A stretch of 59,516 nt of DNA, filler included, from Sphacelaria rigidula (taxonomy: Eukaryota), in NCBI GenBank assembly GCA_964200075.2. It is 7 parts of 7 records of this genome, joined end to end, with 100 filler letters (N's around TTAATTAATTAA, not from the genome) between each part and the next. Parts side by side here need not be neighbours in the genome. Positions count along the whole stretch, not along the records: positions 17,035 to 25,451 come from CAXNAA020011213.1; positions 25,552 to 33,968 come from CAXNAA020011214.1; positions 34,069 to 42,485 come from CAXNAA020011215.1; 4 more parts are not named here. The stretch is one strand, 5' to 3'. The notes beneath the pieces were generated by a model. It had not been told where the DNA came from and did not search any database. It saw only the letters and a list, made by a program, of their open reading frames with translations. This document shows positions 24,502 to 37,688 of this stretch, piece by piece. The first letter of the stretch is position 1. Each line of letters starts with the position of its first letter. A program made the translations under genes and the position numbers.

Positions 24502-25451
24502 CTGTGTTCAAGGAAGACGGGAGGGAGAGGAGGCGCTTGAGAGGCGCCAAGCTGCACTGTGAGCCGCAATTTCTGACTGATGACTCGACACATGCGAAAT
24601 GGGGGTGGGCAGACGAGGGAGGGCGTACTGGGCCGGGAGGTATATACAGGAGAAGGGGTGGGTGAGGTAGGAGAGCAATGAAATGAAGCAGGGTTCAAAT
24701 CACGGCCTCGTGGAGGAGGGGCGGTGAAGTCACGGTAGACGTATATACCCTGACTGATTACTCATTACCCGATGCCGTGGAGACCCCCACGCCGTCGTGC
24801 TAGAAGTCGTGCTTGTCGAGGGTACACGGGACCGGGGCGGTTCAAGTGGTTAGGCTCAGGGTACGGGGGTGGAGGGGAACGTGCTGACACGTCGGAATTC
24901 CCGCTCTGGACGATCGTAACGCCCTATTTGCGCATATTGCGAATACACGAGAAGTATCAGAGATTTCTTCAACCCTTCAGCCAACCATGTGCGTCCTACC
25001 TGCTAAACCGGTACCCACGTCTACTCATCGAATGACTCATGAACAGTCATCCGCCGGCGGACGCTCCAAGTTCCCACGATACGTCAGACCGCGGATCTGA
25101 GCGATTGGACTATGGTGACCTGCCTTACTGCCCCCAAGATAAAAATGACTCGAGATGCGCACCTGATGCATGTTGTAACGGCTCCGAGGCGGCGACAAGG
25201 ACACGGACATTACATGCCCATCATTAGGGACCGATACGCTGTGCTCCGGCAACGAGGAAGGCGGTTGAAAGCGCTCACTTCTGCTGGCGAAGCCTTCACG
25301 CAGGGTACTAGGAGTGCGATTCTCAGAATCTGGAATGTGGCAAAACGAAGCAAGCAGGATATGGGCGCCGAGGGAAGAGGGGGGGGGGGGGGGGAGGGGG
25401 GTTGATGTAGGTGTTGGTTTTGTTTCGGGAAAGGACAATGCAGGACTTCCA

Positions 25452-25551
25452 NNNNNNNNNNNNNNNNNNNNNNNNNNNNNNNNNNNNNNNNNNNNTTAAT
25501 TAATTAANNNNNNNNNNNNNNNNNNNNNNNNNNNNNNNNNNNNNNNNNNNN
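25452..25551. other. Artificial contig spacer
   Basis: Same 44N-TTAATTAATTAA-44N block. Confidence 0.98.
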
Positions 25552-26483
25552 GTCCCGGCTTTGTAGGGATGCGAGGTCAATGGTCTTATGACTATGGCAT
25601 GCATGATCACGAGTACACCCCCGTCAAGAATCAGTCTAAACCTGTCACGAATCAAACCTTCATACAGCGCCTGATGTTTGGTTCATGCTTCATGAAGCAC
25701 CACATATGGGCGACATTGGCGAAAACGAACTCAAGCGTGGAAATTCCAAGCTACTCGATGTGCTCGGCTTTGTTTATTTCGATTTACGGGTAGATTTAGC
25801 TCCCCAAACCAGCCACTTTTGGGGGGGGGTGTACTTATGGTCATGCATGCCATAGTCATGAGGCCATCGGCCATTGTCACTTTTTTTTTGGGGGGGGGAG
25901 GCTATCGTAGAAAGAGTCCGATCCGAATGACGTGTCACACTCAGGTGTGTTATCTGGGGGTATCTAAATTGCATCATGCATGAAAAAATGACCCATTATG
26001 TCTGGAGGTACTTCGTACTTTTTACTCCAGTGCAACAGTACACTACCGTTGTAGTCCATATACTGCAAGCCAAATCAGCGCGGACGCTCGTGAGATTTGA
26101 TTTTGCCGTGTACGAATAGATTATCCTACACAAAGATACCGATATCCCTAGGTCAAACCGCTAATACAGGCAACAGCTGTTTATCATATCTGAAGGCGCG
26201 CGATACAAAGTATCAGTGGGTCCCCGGAGGTGAACCCCATTTTCAAGCCATGTGCTCCCAGTCATTTTCCAGTAACGAATCCATATGAAGACAACGAGTC
26301 CATACACAGATACTGAATAAACAAGAACGCTCTCCATTTGAATAAGATACGAACATCCCAATCGGCCCGCAGTGCAAAGACTTGACGGCGAGCACTGATC
26401 CACCCTTTCCGCACTGCCAGCGCAACGTGTGTATATTATAAATGTGTGTGTGCAGGTAGTCCCGCGAATTAAGAATTGCTCAC

Positions 26484-29400
26484 CATTTGAGCACGCGCCA
26501 TGACGTAAAAGCCTAGCAGCACTTGGAAGCAGGCTACGGCCATGGTGACTTCAGAGTAAGTGATGAGGAATGGCAGCACCGAAGGGAAAGCGAAGCTGAT
26601 GCTCAGCCGATCATCGTCGAACTGACGCACAAGGACGAGGTGCAAGGGGAATGAAAAAATGAAACAAGATGGAGGAAGAAGGAACAAAAAATGGTCAGTG
26701 GTCAGGAAATATATGAATATGGTGTTCTTCACTGTTTCTTCTTTGCTACCGTTGAAAGTCTGTGGGTTTTTCATTTGTGCGTTTGGGTTAGTTTTGTATA
26801 ATCATACACTAGTATTGCGGTGCGTATTGGCATATAGATATGCTGGCCCAACTTCAGAGTTTCAGGGGTGATGAGCAGCGGATGTGATATCACTTGCACT
26901 GGGGCAACGAACGACGGCAAAGTGAGCACCGAAAAACATGGTCTCATAAAGAAGCACAAGACAATAGCACCGTCTAGTTGCCGTTAAATACTTCAGCTAC
27001 AGAATCGAATGGGTTACCTGTATCTTTTTGAGTGTAAAGGATGGTTGGGGTACGGTATGTACCCTCGCGTAAACCGGGTGTTCAGGCCATGTGATGTACT
27101 CAATGCTCAGGGTACCGACAGTACGCAGTACCCCAGGGCACCTAGGGGTACGGCCTATCGAACACTCTCCATATTTCAGGGTATCCAGGGTACCTCACTA
27201 TGGAAAGTATTCAGCATCAAAGGGGGCTTCCGGCACTCGCCCAAAGGGATACGCGGTGTGGTACCCGGAGTACTGAGCCCTTGTGCTCAGTACGTCGGGC
27301 ACCCAGGGTATCGATTGTCGAAAACAGTCAGTATTCCGCATAGGGTGCCTCCGGTAGCCGCCCCTCGGGATACCCTATGTGGTACCCGGAGTACTGAGTC
27401 CTGGTGCTGAGTACCTCCGGCAATCAGGGTATCGATTGTCGAAAATACTCAGTATTCCGCGGTGCCTTGGGCACCTACCCCCCATAATACCCGGTGTGCT
27501 GCACCCGGGGTACTGGCTGTATGCGAGGATACCCTGGGTACTCAGGGTACCGAGTATACACTACTCAGCAATCCATCTTACGTAGGGTACCTACTGTGGA
27601 GAATACTCAGTATTCCATGGTACCCAGGGCATGGAATGTCGAAAGAACTCGGCATTTCTAGGTTACATATCCCAGTACTGGACAATAAACTGTACCGGAA
27701 AGCCAGGCGACGAACATGATGTTCTGAATATTGTTGCCTGCACAAAAATAGCGAAGTACTTTATCGTACTCTGAATTTTACAGAGTTTCACGTATTTGCG
27801 CTGAGCTTTGTGGGAGATGGATGGATTTTCTTCGCAGTCCACTGTCGTGCCGGTTACATATAGTAAGTAGACGTATGTCGAATTTTCATGCGTCGAGTTT
27901 AGATGTGCCGAGTGAAGTGTGTCAGCGAGTCCGGTCGTTGAACTTGGTTTCATCGACGCTGCTATGTTCATGCGAGGGAAGACGTCCCAAGAAAACCGGT
28001 CTCAAGCATACAAGCAGGGTTCCACAAACAGAAAGCGCTTCATTTCCGCTTCCACAATCATGAACCTACCTAATACAGTACAGAACTCTAGGGTACCCAG
28101 GGTAGCGACCCCCGAAAACACTACTCCAGGGTAAGCCGGGTATCGAATACCGAAAGTACTGAATACCTGCGGGTACCTCACGTACTCATCCACCGAAACC
28201 CCTGCTTTGATACCCAGAATGGTCAATATATACATATATATATATACTCAGTCTTCAAGGGTATGCAGGGTATACCGACCGCGACGAACACGGAGTATTT
28301 TCGGGTACTTGGAGTATCCACAGCCAAAAATACACCGTATTTTGAGTATCTAGGGTACTCAGGGTGTCGACACACGAAGAACATGAGTCTGTATCTTACC
28401 CTACCCTGACCACCACTCTCTTGCGTCTTCCACGGCATACATACAGTACCGCGCATTATTTGCCGTGCACGACATGACGTTTGTTACATGTTTTGGGGGG
28501 ACATGGTCTAGACTGATCAAGTATTGTAGTGCTGGTTTGTTCGATGTCTATGGCGTACAAGTGATATCGTTGCCCGTCATCTTATCTTCCGTTACACATA
28601 CTTTGGGGATACTCTTGAGTAACTTTTTCAAGTGCTACTTTGTTGTGTGTATATGGCGTAGAAATGCTGTTGCTGCCCATCATCTTGTCTTTGTTACATA
28701 TCCGTGGGACCGCGCGACATTTTCTTAGATGAGCTAGTGCTGCTTTGGTGTGTGTATATATGCCGTAGAAGTGTTGTTGCTGCCCGTCACCTTGTCGTAC
28801 ACGTAGGCGCCGAGAGCCAGATGCACCACACCGGCCAGCAGAGTCAGGAAGCCGTAGAAAACCAGAGGCGTCTTGTAAAAGCCGCTGTTGTACGTCGACC
28901 AGTTCCCGCCCTGGAGGCGCCACATCTACGATTTAACAAGAGAAAAAAAGCGAGATATATACGACAAAAATGCGGAAATCGCGATGAACGAGCAATTGCG
29001 TGCTTTGCCGTCCACATTATACTGTAGTAGAAAGCACACACACACCGACACACACACACAAAGATAGCGACGCCTTCCGTGCCGGCAGGGTTCGTTCGTG
29101 TTTCCACCCGGGACTTCTGAAACAAAAGGCAGGAGAACGTTTTACGATGGTACAACGTGCCGCCTGCATTTGCGCACCCGCGCCGCACGGGAGGTACGTG
29201 ACCCTTTGATTTCACCGCGAATCAAGTCGTCATGTTGTAGTCGCGCACTTGCTGAGTCTCTATTTTTTTTTTTTTCGCGCTTACGAATCGATTGTCTCCG
29301 CAGTTGAGATCCAACAGCCTCTGCAGTCACAGCGTTGGCGAGGAGGAGAGTACATGAATTTCGTGTGAAGGGGTACAAAACCTCGGCACATATACTTTGT

Positions 29401-32400
29401 GGTGGGATACTGCTGCGCATTGTATAGGTGGCACAGGGATGCAAGTATCTCGGACTTGAAAAAAATTTCAAGTACAGATCCACGTGCATACGGCTAGTTA
29501 TTGTGCTCAGCAGACCCATGATGTTGTTCAATGAATAGTGACGTCTTGACAGCAATGAACAGCACAAATGATACTCCTGAAAAATGAGGATCACTACAAC
29601 GAGCCAAGACTTCCAAAGAGTTCACCCCACCACAGCACAATACTATTTATTACATGGGGCATCGACGATTCAGATCCTTCCGTACAGCCGGGTAGAGCCT
29701 TTCTTCTTCTGACCCAGTTCATGTATGAAAAAGGGTCGTTTAAGAGGATACCGCACGTTTTTCATTGGTTGGGAGGAGGGCCAGACTCAAGAGAAACCGG
29801 ACTCCATTCCTATCCATGGGAGGGGGGAGTACGAATGAGGACGGGATAACATGCCAACAGTGGAAACTATTGATGGGAAAGCCAGCTGGGCACCCCATCA
29901 CGAGAAAAAAACAGCCAGAGCATGGCTCCTGCTGTTTTGACACTCCCTTGCGCATCCTCGTCGGATTGTTCCTCCATTCTCACATGTTTCAATCACTTGT
30001 TTTTGTGAGAGTAATTTCCGAGGTGATGGGAACGGGCATCAGCCCTCAACCAATCGGAAGGATAATAAACGAACACAGAAACCACCACAATCATTCTCGT
30101 CCTTACCTTGTGTTCTCATTCTTTTTTCTCGCTAAGGCCGTGGCTTAGGTCGTGTCTTAGCACACTATTTTTCGATCGAGAAAGTGCGGCGGAAAAGCAG
30201 AAATCCCGATCTGATAGGTCATGATTTCAACCATCTTCAAAATTGACGACGATGGTTGAAACGGCGACCTATCAGATCGGGATTTCTGTTTTCCACCGCA
30301 CAATTTCGATCGAAAACTAATATGCTAAGACAGGCCCTTAGCACATCATTTTTCGATCGAGAAAGTGCGGCGAAAAAAAAAAAGTCCTGATCTGATAGGT
30401 CGTGATTTCAACCATCTTTAAAATTAACGACGACGGTTAAAATTACGACCTATCAGATCGGGATTTCTGCTTTCCACCGGACTTTTTCGATTGAAAAATG
30501 ATGTGCTAAGAGTCTGTGTTAGGCCGTGTCTTATCGAATTGTTTTCGTGTAGAAAATGTGCGCTCGAATCGAATTCCCTCGTTTCTGATTCGCCCACGCC
30601 CTTTATTTTCTCAGATGGTTGAGAACATGGATGCCGTGGACGTATCAGGTACACGAGCAAATTCGATTTCCATCGTAAACTTTCGAGTCGAAAACAATTT
30701 GATAGGACACGGCCTCAGCACATCAGTTTTCGATCGAAATTGTGCCGATGGAAAGCAAAAATCTCGATCTTACAGGTCATGATTTGAACCATCGTCAAAA
30801 TTGATGATGGTTGAAATGACGGCCTATCAGATCGGGAGTTTTGCTTACCACCACACAATTTTGATCGAAAACTAATGTGCTAAGGCAGGCCCTAAGGCCG
30901 TGTCTTGTCAAATTGTTTTCGTGTCGAAAACGTGCGGTCGAATAAAATTTGCTCGTTTCTGATTCGTCCACGCTATATATATATATATATATGTATTCTC
31001 AGATGGTTGAGAACATGAACGCCGTGGACGTATCAGGTACGAGCAAATTCGATTCCACCGTACGTTTTCGAGCCGAGAAAAAAAAATGAGACACGGCCAA
31101 ATACACGCCACACGCCCTCAGACGGGACCCAAACCACCAAAGTTGAAGAACCAATCAACCATCAGGCCAACCGACGGACAAACCAACGAACGGACCGACC
31201 GACAGACCGACCGACCAGCCAACAACTCAGAAAATAACATGAAAGGAAATAACGGAGTATATCGAACCATGCGAGCAGGACAACAACTTCGCTTTTTGAT
31301 TTTCCACGTATTAAATTCTTGCCGTACTGACTAACACAGTACAGCAGTTACTGCACAGCACAGCACCTTGAAGTTGAAGTGAACGATAGCTCCGAAGTTG
31401 GTGGCCGCGTAGGCGATGTAGCCGATGATGCCCATGGTAGCAACAGAGCGGTTCTGTCAAACAAGGGGATGGAGCGCGCGCCCGGGGGGAGGGGGGGGGG
31501 GCGGGGGGGGAAAGAGAAAGGAATCAGGTTGCCGGAGAAAAGCCAATTTGAGAATTTCCGCAAATGCGAACACACGAGGCAAATGTGCTGTACTCGAAGC
31601 AACGAGAAACGATATACGAAATACGATATGTTTTCGATGTCAGGTGCCATCACTTCATGTTCTTTGGACGTTCATTTTCTTTACTGTTCACGCGTGGGAT
31701 ATACGAACGATGGCCCGGGATGGTGAAGATAATACGTGGTTGTGTAATGGTAGGAAACAAAGGCTACGGCCGAATCGTGCGTGTTGTTCTCGTGTCTGTA
31801 GTGGTGTGGCGTCTTCGCCCCCGAATCGGGGCTTATGGTACTACTTGTATTCTTTGCCGATCCTCCTATTCAGCGCGGAAACTTTCGATATTTGCCGCGA
31901 GACAAGATCAGAACAGTTTTGCTTCAGTTCCGTCGTCTCGTACCTCTGCTGCTTCTTGTTCTTTGTTCTTCTTTACCGCGCGTTCGACAGACCGCCCCCC
32001 TTATTCCTCGGGACGGTTCGTACTATCATTGGAGATAAACCCCCATCTCCCCCCCCGATACATGCCTGACATTCCGGTATCGCGGATCGGCTCAGCACCG
32101 CCTCACCGCGTCCTTTCTCGTCGAATGTTCCTTGGCTACTCATGTCTTCACATTTCCAATGAACGCACAACAGATTCTGCTCGAGAACAGCGAATCTGTC
32201 GGGATTTGAATCCGCAGCCCCCTGCCCTCACTGGCTATTGGTGCGCCAGGTATACCACTGGGGTGCGGCCGGAAAATACTTCTGGAGTATGAACACTGTA
32301 TAAGTACGTTTTTTATTCTCTTGGGTACATCTATCGTGTGACAAACGGCTGAATCCCAGGTGGATCAGTGAATGTGCGATGATCAATCAAATCAATTAGT

Positions 32401-32674
32401 CGATCACGAGACCTCTTGCTTCAGGTGATTACACGTGAAAATACCATACTCCACGGGGTTGCCACCTCACCTCTCTGGTGGATCCATTGTAGATGGAGGG
32501 GACGAAGTCGAAATTTTCTTTGGCGGCCTCAAAAGACACATGAGACACCACGACTGCGAACGTGAAGAGGGAAAGTAGACTCAGCAACGCGCTTAGCCCC
32601 GTCCACTTGGCGCTGCCACCACCACACACCAGGTACTGGAAGCCGACGAGCATCGACATCAGACTGAAGACCAC
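26484..32674 (-). CDS. Unknown multi-pass membrane protein, internal exons
   Basis: Three phase-0 exons with AG acceptors and GT donors, each hydrophobic: 32674-32471 (VVFSLMSMLVGFQYLVCGGGSAKWTGLSALLSLLSLFTFAVVVSHVSF..), 28925-28791 (MWRLQGGNWSTYNSGFYKTPLVFYGFLTLLAGVVHLALGAYVYDK), 26621-26484 (FDDDRLSISFAFPSVLPFLITYSEVTMAVACFQVLLGFYVMARAQM). Family not recognised; start and stop not located. Confidence 0.72.
27050..28400. repeat. GTAC/AGTACT-rich complex repeat with two oppositely oriented arms
   Basis: Iterated GGTACCCGGAGTACTGAG and GGGTATCGATTGTCGAAAA units at 27050-27710, with related units at 28080-28400; intronic. Confidence 0.55.
30136..31098. mobile_element. Cluster of five nested palindromic PIF/Harbinger (Tourist)-like MITEs of two families
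   Basis: Units of about 190-200 bp, each a hairpin with GGCCGTGTCTTA-type TIRs and TTA/TAA junctions: A1 30148-30337, A2 body 30341-30509, B1 30522-30714, A3 body 30718-30892, B2 30896-31098. Confidence 0.88.
32030..32265 (-). mobile_element. tRNA-related SINE fragment
   Basis: The minus strand reads CCCAGTGGTATACCTGGC .. GCGGATTCAAATCCCGACA (A/B-box-like) with no full cloverleaf. A similar B-box head (GGGTTCGAAATCTC) lies at about 46125-46195 (-). Confidence 0.45.
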
Positions 32675-33021
32675 CTGTATATTTTTTCGAAACATGTATC
32701 GTTGTAGAGGGCACACGTCATCTCTCGCGCGGACGTGTTTGCATACATATGTCTGTATACATGGTCAGTTAGGGGAAGGGGGCGCGAGAGAGCAGCGTTT
32801 ATACAACTTATAGAGAAGCAAAAAGAGATGTACAGCGAATGAGAGATGAACAACGACCGGTCGAACATCCATCGGTTCTTTCACGGTCACACCGGTATCT
32901 TACGCACGTCTGTCGCGAACTGCACTGTTGTGTGTACCGTGATTTGTGCTGTACTGATCGATACAGGGGGTTATTACCCTTCCTGCGTAATTTCATGTGC
33001 ATACATGTTGCGGAAAATAAT

Positions 33022-33025
<4 letters not shown>

Positions 33026-33094
<69 letters not shown>

Positions 33095-33099
33095 CAACA
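33026..33099. repeat. (TAA)n microsatellite
   Basis: About 22 TAA units followed by (CAA)n. Confidence 0.95.
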
Positions 33100-33968
33100 T
33101 GTATGGGGTGTGCTCAGCGATTACACCGTAATGTTGCCCCGTCCACGGGTATCTGGCTCAGCGCCTTCATTGCTTGTGGCATGCCTGCAACAGGGCGCAA
33201 CATGAACATGTCGATGAATGGTTTGACTTGCCAATGGAAACGCAAAATTTGGCGCGAGCCTCAATTGTACTTCATAGCTAATCCAATGAAGCGTGATGCG
33301 AATTCGGGTCAATGAACTAATTCACCAACGGGCGGGGTGCGCAGCATGAGAACGAGAGGGGGCGGGGAGGGGGGGGGGTCGTACTCATTTGTTGCTTGCC
33401 GTAGTCGTGTGACCATTGACCACGCAAGGGGGTCATCAACTCCGTCCCCTCCGAGACGGGGTACTCGTTTATCCCCCGACTAGAGGATTATGGGTAAACG
33501 AGTCACAAATTATTTCACTGTGCGTATACGGTTGTTCCGAGTAGTACCGTCGGATGGTAGTCCTGGCAAAACTCCAGGAGGTAACTTTTGGGGGAAGCGT
33601 GGAGTCGGGAGGGGAGCGGGCTGGGGGGTACGAAAATCGATACATGTCACGGATCCAATATTTCCGTTATGTCAATGAGGGCCGCAGATCGATCTCGCGT
33701 GCCATATTCGGGAACAAAACGAGGGTTTATAAACGCACGTCCACATCATATTAACCCTCCCCTGCTGTCCCCTGGCCAAAGGCCCTATTATGAGAAGCCC
33801 TGACGAGGAGGAAAACACGGAAACAGAATAGGCCGACGGCAATCATTTTTATAATGGAAGCCCGAAGAAGAATGTTCTCCCTGGAGAAATTGGGTAAGAC
33901 TTGTCCAATCATACCATGCAACGGATGAAGTGTGTCCAATTATATCCATCGACAATAATTAGCAAAAC

Positions 33969-34068
33969 NNNNNNNNNNNNNNNNNNNNNNNNNNNNNNNN
34001 NNNNNNNNNNNNTTAATTAATTAANNNNNNNNNNNNNNNNNNNNNNNNNNNNNNNNNNNNNNNNNNNN
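33969..34068. other. Artificial contig spacer
   Basis: Same 44N-TTAATTAATTAA-44N block. Confidence 0.98.
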
Positions 34069-36717
34069 CCCCCCCCAATCTTACAGGATAGTGAATGGGT
34101 ATGAGAGCAGTGAAACCAGGGTGAATTTAAAATACAGTCTCTTGGGGGAAGGTGTTGGTGATGCCACGGTCAAAGTTTGTGCGAGAAAATAACGCTTGCA
34201 ATCGTCGTTGATAACAGCAACGGCAGTTCGAACGCGCCTGCTTCCGACATGTAACGCTCACTCATACTGTTTGATATCGCTTTTACCCAGATACGAGGGC
34301 ACCGTGAGTGTGTTGGGTCGTCTGACGCACCTATGAGCTCATTTTTTCGTGGAATCGAAACCCCCTCCCTATTGTAGCATGACTCTCTCGTGTTATCTAT
34401 TTTCTTCATTTATCTTTCCCTCTCCCCTCCCATGTTTCCTCTCGCGATTGTGTTCGTCTGTTTTTCATTTGGTACATTGGTTCATGTTGTGAATACGGCT
34501 ATATCCGTAGCGAATCAGTTAATGTGCTCCAATCAATCAATCATTTTGTCAATCGTTTTGTCAATCATTTTATCAATCAACTCATCAATCGATCACTCCC
34601 ACCAGTCAGTTTGAGGCTATCAAGGGTGCCTGAGGTGTTCCCCGTCTCTCACCCATCCCGCCGCACCCGTGACACCGTTGGCCCCTGCATGCCCGCCCTT
34701 AGGTTTTCATCGCCCGCAACTCGTGAATGGGAGAGCCACGCAGCTGCTTCATCTCAGTCTCTACACGCGCCATCCCTTCGTTCATATACTTCAGCATGAA
34801 TGGTTTCATTGATTGGTCCATTGATGTAACGCCGTCGTTAGGACGCACGAGTGAATCAAGTCCTAGGTCCGACCAACCAAATCGGCATTTCCTTCGTTTG
34901 TGTGAGTATTATCCTTCGAGAGTGATGCAGCAAGTCCGGAGGTGTGTAGTATATTTTAGCGTGTTTCGTCATCATTCACGACCAATCATAGGGTGGCTGT
35001 AAAAGTGAGACATGAGTCCGCTTACATTGTCATCTAGATGCCGCACCGGCTATTCCGAGTAGGTATCATCATGTCAACGGATCTGGCCAGATAGGGTCCC
35101 GCAAATCTATACTACGGGTCCGCCAGGTACTCATAGATCTTGCGAGCCACATCCGAATTTCTACATTCTGCAGATGTGCAGTGACGTGCCGTTTTTTGTT
35201 GAAGTGCAAGTTTATGCAAGGAACAAGGAACTTGAGCATTTGCTTCATAGCTAGTGGGACCAGAATCGCCAGGTAATGTGCAAGTGGAGAAAATACCTGC
35301 AGTGAAAGAAATATGACTTTTTTTGGCCTTTGAAAAAGCCTTGAACTGTACGTGCTTCATCTCATCAATCGTCTGCCGGATACCGTCAACAGATGGCCCT
35401 CTCTGATGTTGATGCAGACCTCCGTCTCTTCTATTGAATAATCGAAGCGACTCTACCCGTCGGCCACCTCGTCACATTTTCTCGGCACCTCGGAAGCCAG
35501 TCATTGGTCGGGGAAGGGGGGACAAAAAACAAGGAAAAGTGATAACTGTGTACAATGCTCACCTCTGTACGTTCTCGGTTCCTGTGGCACACATTTGGTT
35601 GGAGGGCCGCAAGTTGTGTCGGAAGTAGGTCCCGGTAACAAAGTCGAAAAGAAACATAATAATCGTCAATAAAAAGAAGGGGTTTACTTAAATACATGGA
35701 CGTCCATGTACTTGGCATGATCCTATTTCAAACTTGAAGTTGAAGACCTTCAATTTCGCCGCATTTTTCTCGGCGGAAGGCGGAAGAAAACGGCTTCCAA
35801 AAAGATATTTCGAAAACGCAAATCGGAAGTTAGTTGAGTTTGACGTAGGGCCGTAAGAATCAACGTAAGAGCATCGGGGCGGGCTGTTGAGCAGATTGGC
35901 CTCTCGGCCTTGATTACACGACCAATGAGAAGTGCGGGTCTTGGCCCGGTTCGTCTGCGACGATGGGATATGGCTGTGAGAGCCTAAACCCGTCCCAAGG
36001 CTTGCCGAGCCCGTAGTAAGCAATTCGAACACTGGTGCCATCTACTGCGGTGGTGCACCTTGCAGCTACGCACTCTTTTCTTGCCGTTAGGCACAAGTAT
36101 CGGATTAAGTACGAGTATGTCGCACGGAATGTATGGTGGTACGAGCAGGGCTCCTCGGCTGTTTCCTTTTTCGTCGCATTTCCAATCCCTCCCGTTCTTC
36201 GGGACGCGTGTGTTACGGTGCAAATACATTGTCCCACATCGTGCGTACACGTTGTCCCATATCGTGGACACTGGTAAGAAGGGTTTTTTGTTTTTGCTCC
36301 CGGAGAAGGAGAGCAAAACGACCATGATCGGACCCACTGCTTGCTTAAGCTGCCGTTCGGCCGCATGGGTCAAGTACCAACTGTAATATATATATATATA
36401 TATGTTAGCATCACTCGAAAACCAAAAAACAAATCTGACAAGGTGACGGTGCCCGTACAAACATAACTACCCGGAGATTGAAAGTGGAGGATGCGACTGG
36501 GAATGATAAGCGGTAAATTACGGAATGGACAGGCTCAGTTCCGAGATGCCCCTCCATGAGGCCCGATATGCTACCTGCAGTTTCTTGCCCCTGGAGCCCT
36601 TTATATCCTTGAGAATGATATCGGTGTGTAGCTGTAAGCGCACGCAAGTGTTACAGGCGAAGAAAAGCACACACAGAACGACGATTTGGTCAAGTTGAAG
36701 CGAATGACCGAACCCAC

Positions 36718-36940
36718 TGTAATGCGTGAGAGGGCGGCGTGCTTGGAAGACCGCATCAGAATTTGATCATCCCTGTGGTTAGGGTTAGGGTTAGGGTTAG
36801 GGTTGGTGTTGGGGTTGGGGTTGTGGTCAGGGGCGTGGTACCTCCAGGGACTGACCCGATTGGTTTGGAAAAACGTCGATCCTGAGGTGTTTTGAACTAC
36901 GGCGCGGTCCTCCAAGCACGCGGTCCTCTCACGCATTACA
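36718..36940. mobile_element. TGT..ACA MITE with internal telomeric (TTAGGG)n and 5-bp TSD
   Basis: TIR of about 37 bp: TGTAATGCGTGAGAGGGCGGCGTGCTTGGAAGACCGC / GCGGTCCTCCAAGCACGCGGTCCTCTCACGCATTACA. TSD CCCAC at 36713-36717 and 36941-36945. Confidence 0.88.
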
Positions 36941-37477
36941 CCCACTCTCGATCGACGCTCTACTCTCAAAGTAACGACAACATTGTCGTAAGTGTGGTAT
37001 GGTGTAAAGAGGCGATACGAGTAGAAACCCCGTTACTCTGGAGGGTGTTTCCGACCGTGAAACACAGCTGTGGTGCGATCAGTACGAACAAATTCAAATA
37101 AACGAACCCGTACATTACTTCACACGAGTGATGCTTCGGTAGGGGTGCACAAATATTTTCTGAGGTTGGAATTATCAGGAACCCTCTATCTCATGCAAAA
37201 ACACAGCCTATCTATGAACAAATATGAAAGTACGCCAGGACTACTACTCCAATGTGCTGGGGATATCCCGAATGAATTTGCAAACGGGGTTGCCCTGACC
37301 CATATTTTTGTGCATGTAGAATCATTAGGAGCCCCCGAACTAGACATAATTTCGCGAAAAAAATGCACCCCTACCGTAGCATTGCTCATACGTTGCTTCT
37401 CAAATACGATTGTGACAGGCTCGATCGACCGTAAATACCGCAGGGTCAAAAACTCTACTGAAAGATGGTAAACCCCC

Positions 37478-37688
37478 TGTGATGCATGAGAGGGCCGCGT
37501 GCTTAGAGGACCGCACCATAGTTCAAAATACCTCGGGATCGACGTTTTTCAACACCAATCGGGCCAGTCCCTGCAGGGACCATTCCCCTGACCCTAACCC
37601 CAACACTAACTGTAACCTCAACCCTAACCATCGGGGTGTTGAAATTCCGGTGCGGTCCTCTAAGCACGCGGTCATCTCACCCATTACA
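37478..37688. mobile_element. Second, inverted copy of the telomere-repeat MITE
   Basis: TGTGATGCATGAGAGGGCCGCGTGCTTAGAGGACCGCA .. degenerate CCCTAA units .. CATCTCACCCATTACA; flanks CCCCC / TCCCC. Confidence 0.85.

Noticed and set aside
30136-31098. CRISPR or attC-like cassette array
   Set aside because: The units are 190-200 bp TIR hairpins with TTA/TAA duplications, i.e. MITEs.
31425-32292. 214-aa and 242-aa plus-strand ORFs
   Set aside because: Antisense within an intron, partly made of SINE sequence, with no domain signal.
35430-36040. Protein-like plus-strand stretch (LKTFNFAAFFSAEGGRKRLPKRYFENANRKLVEFDVGP)
   Set aside because: Interrupted by stops and no family recognised; may be an old pseudogene but cannot be supported.
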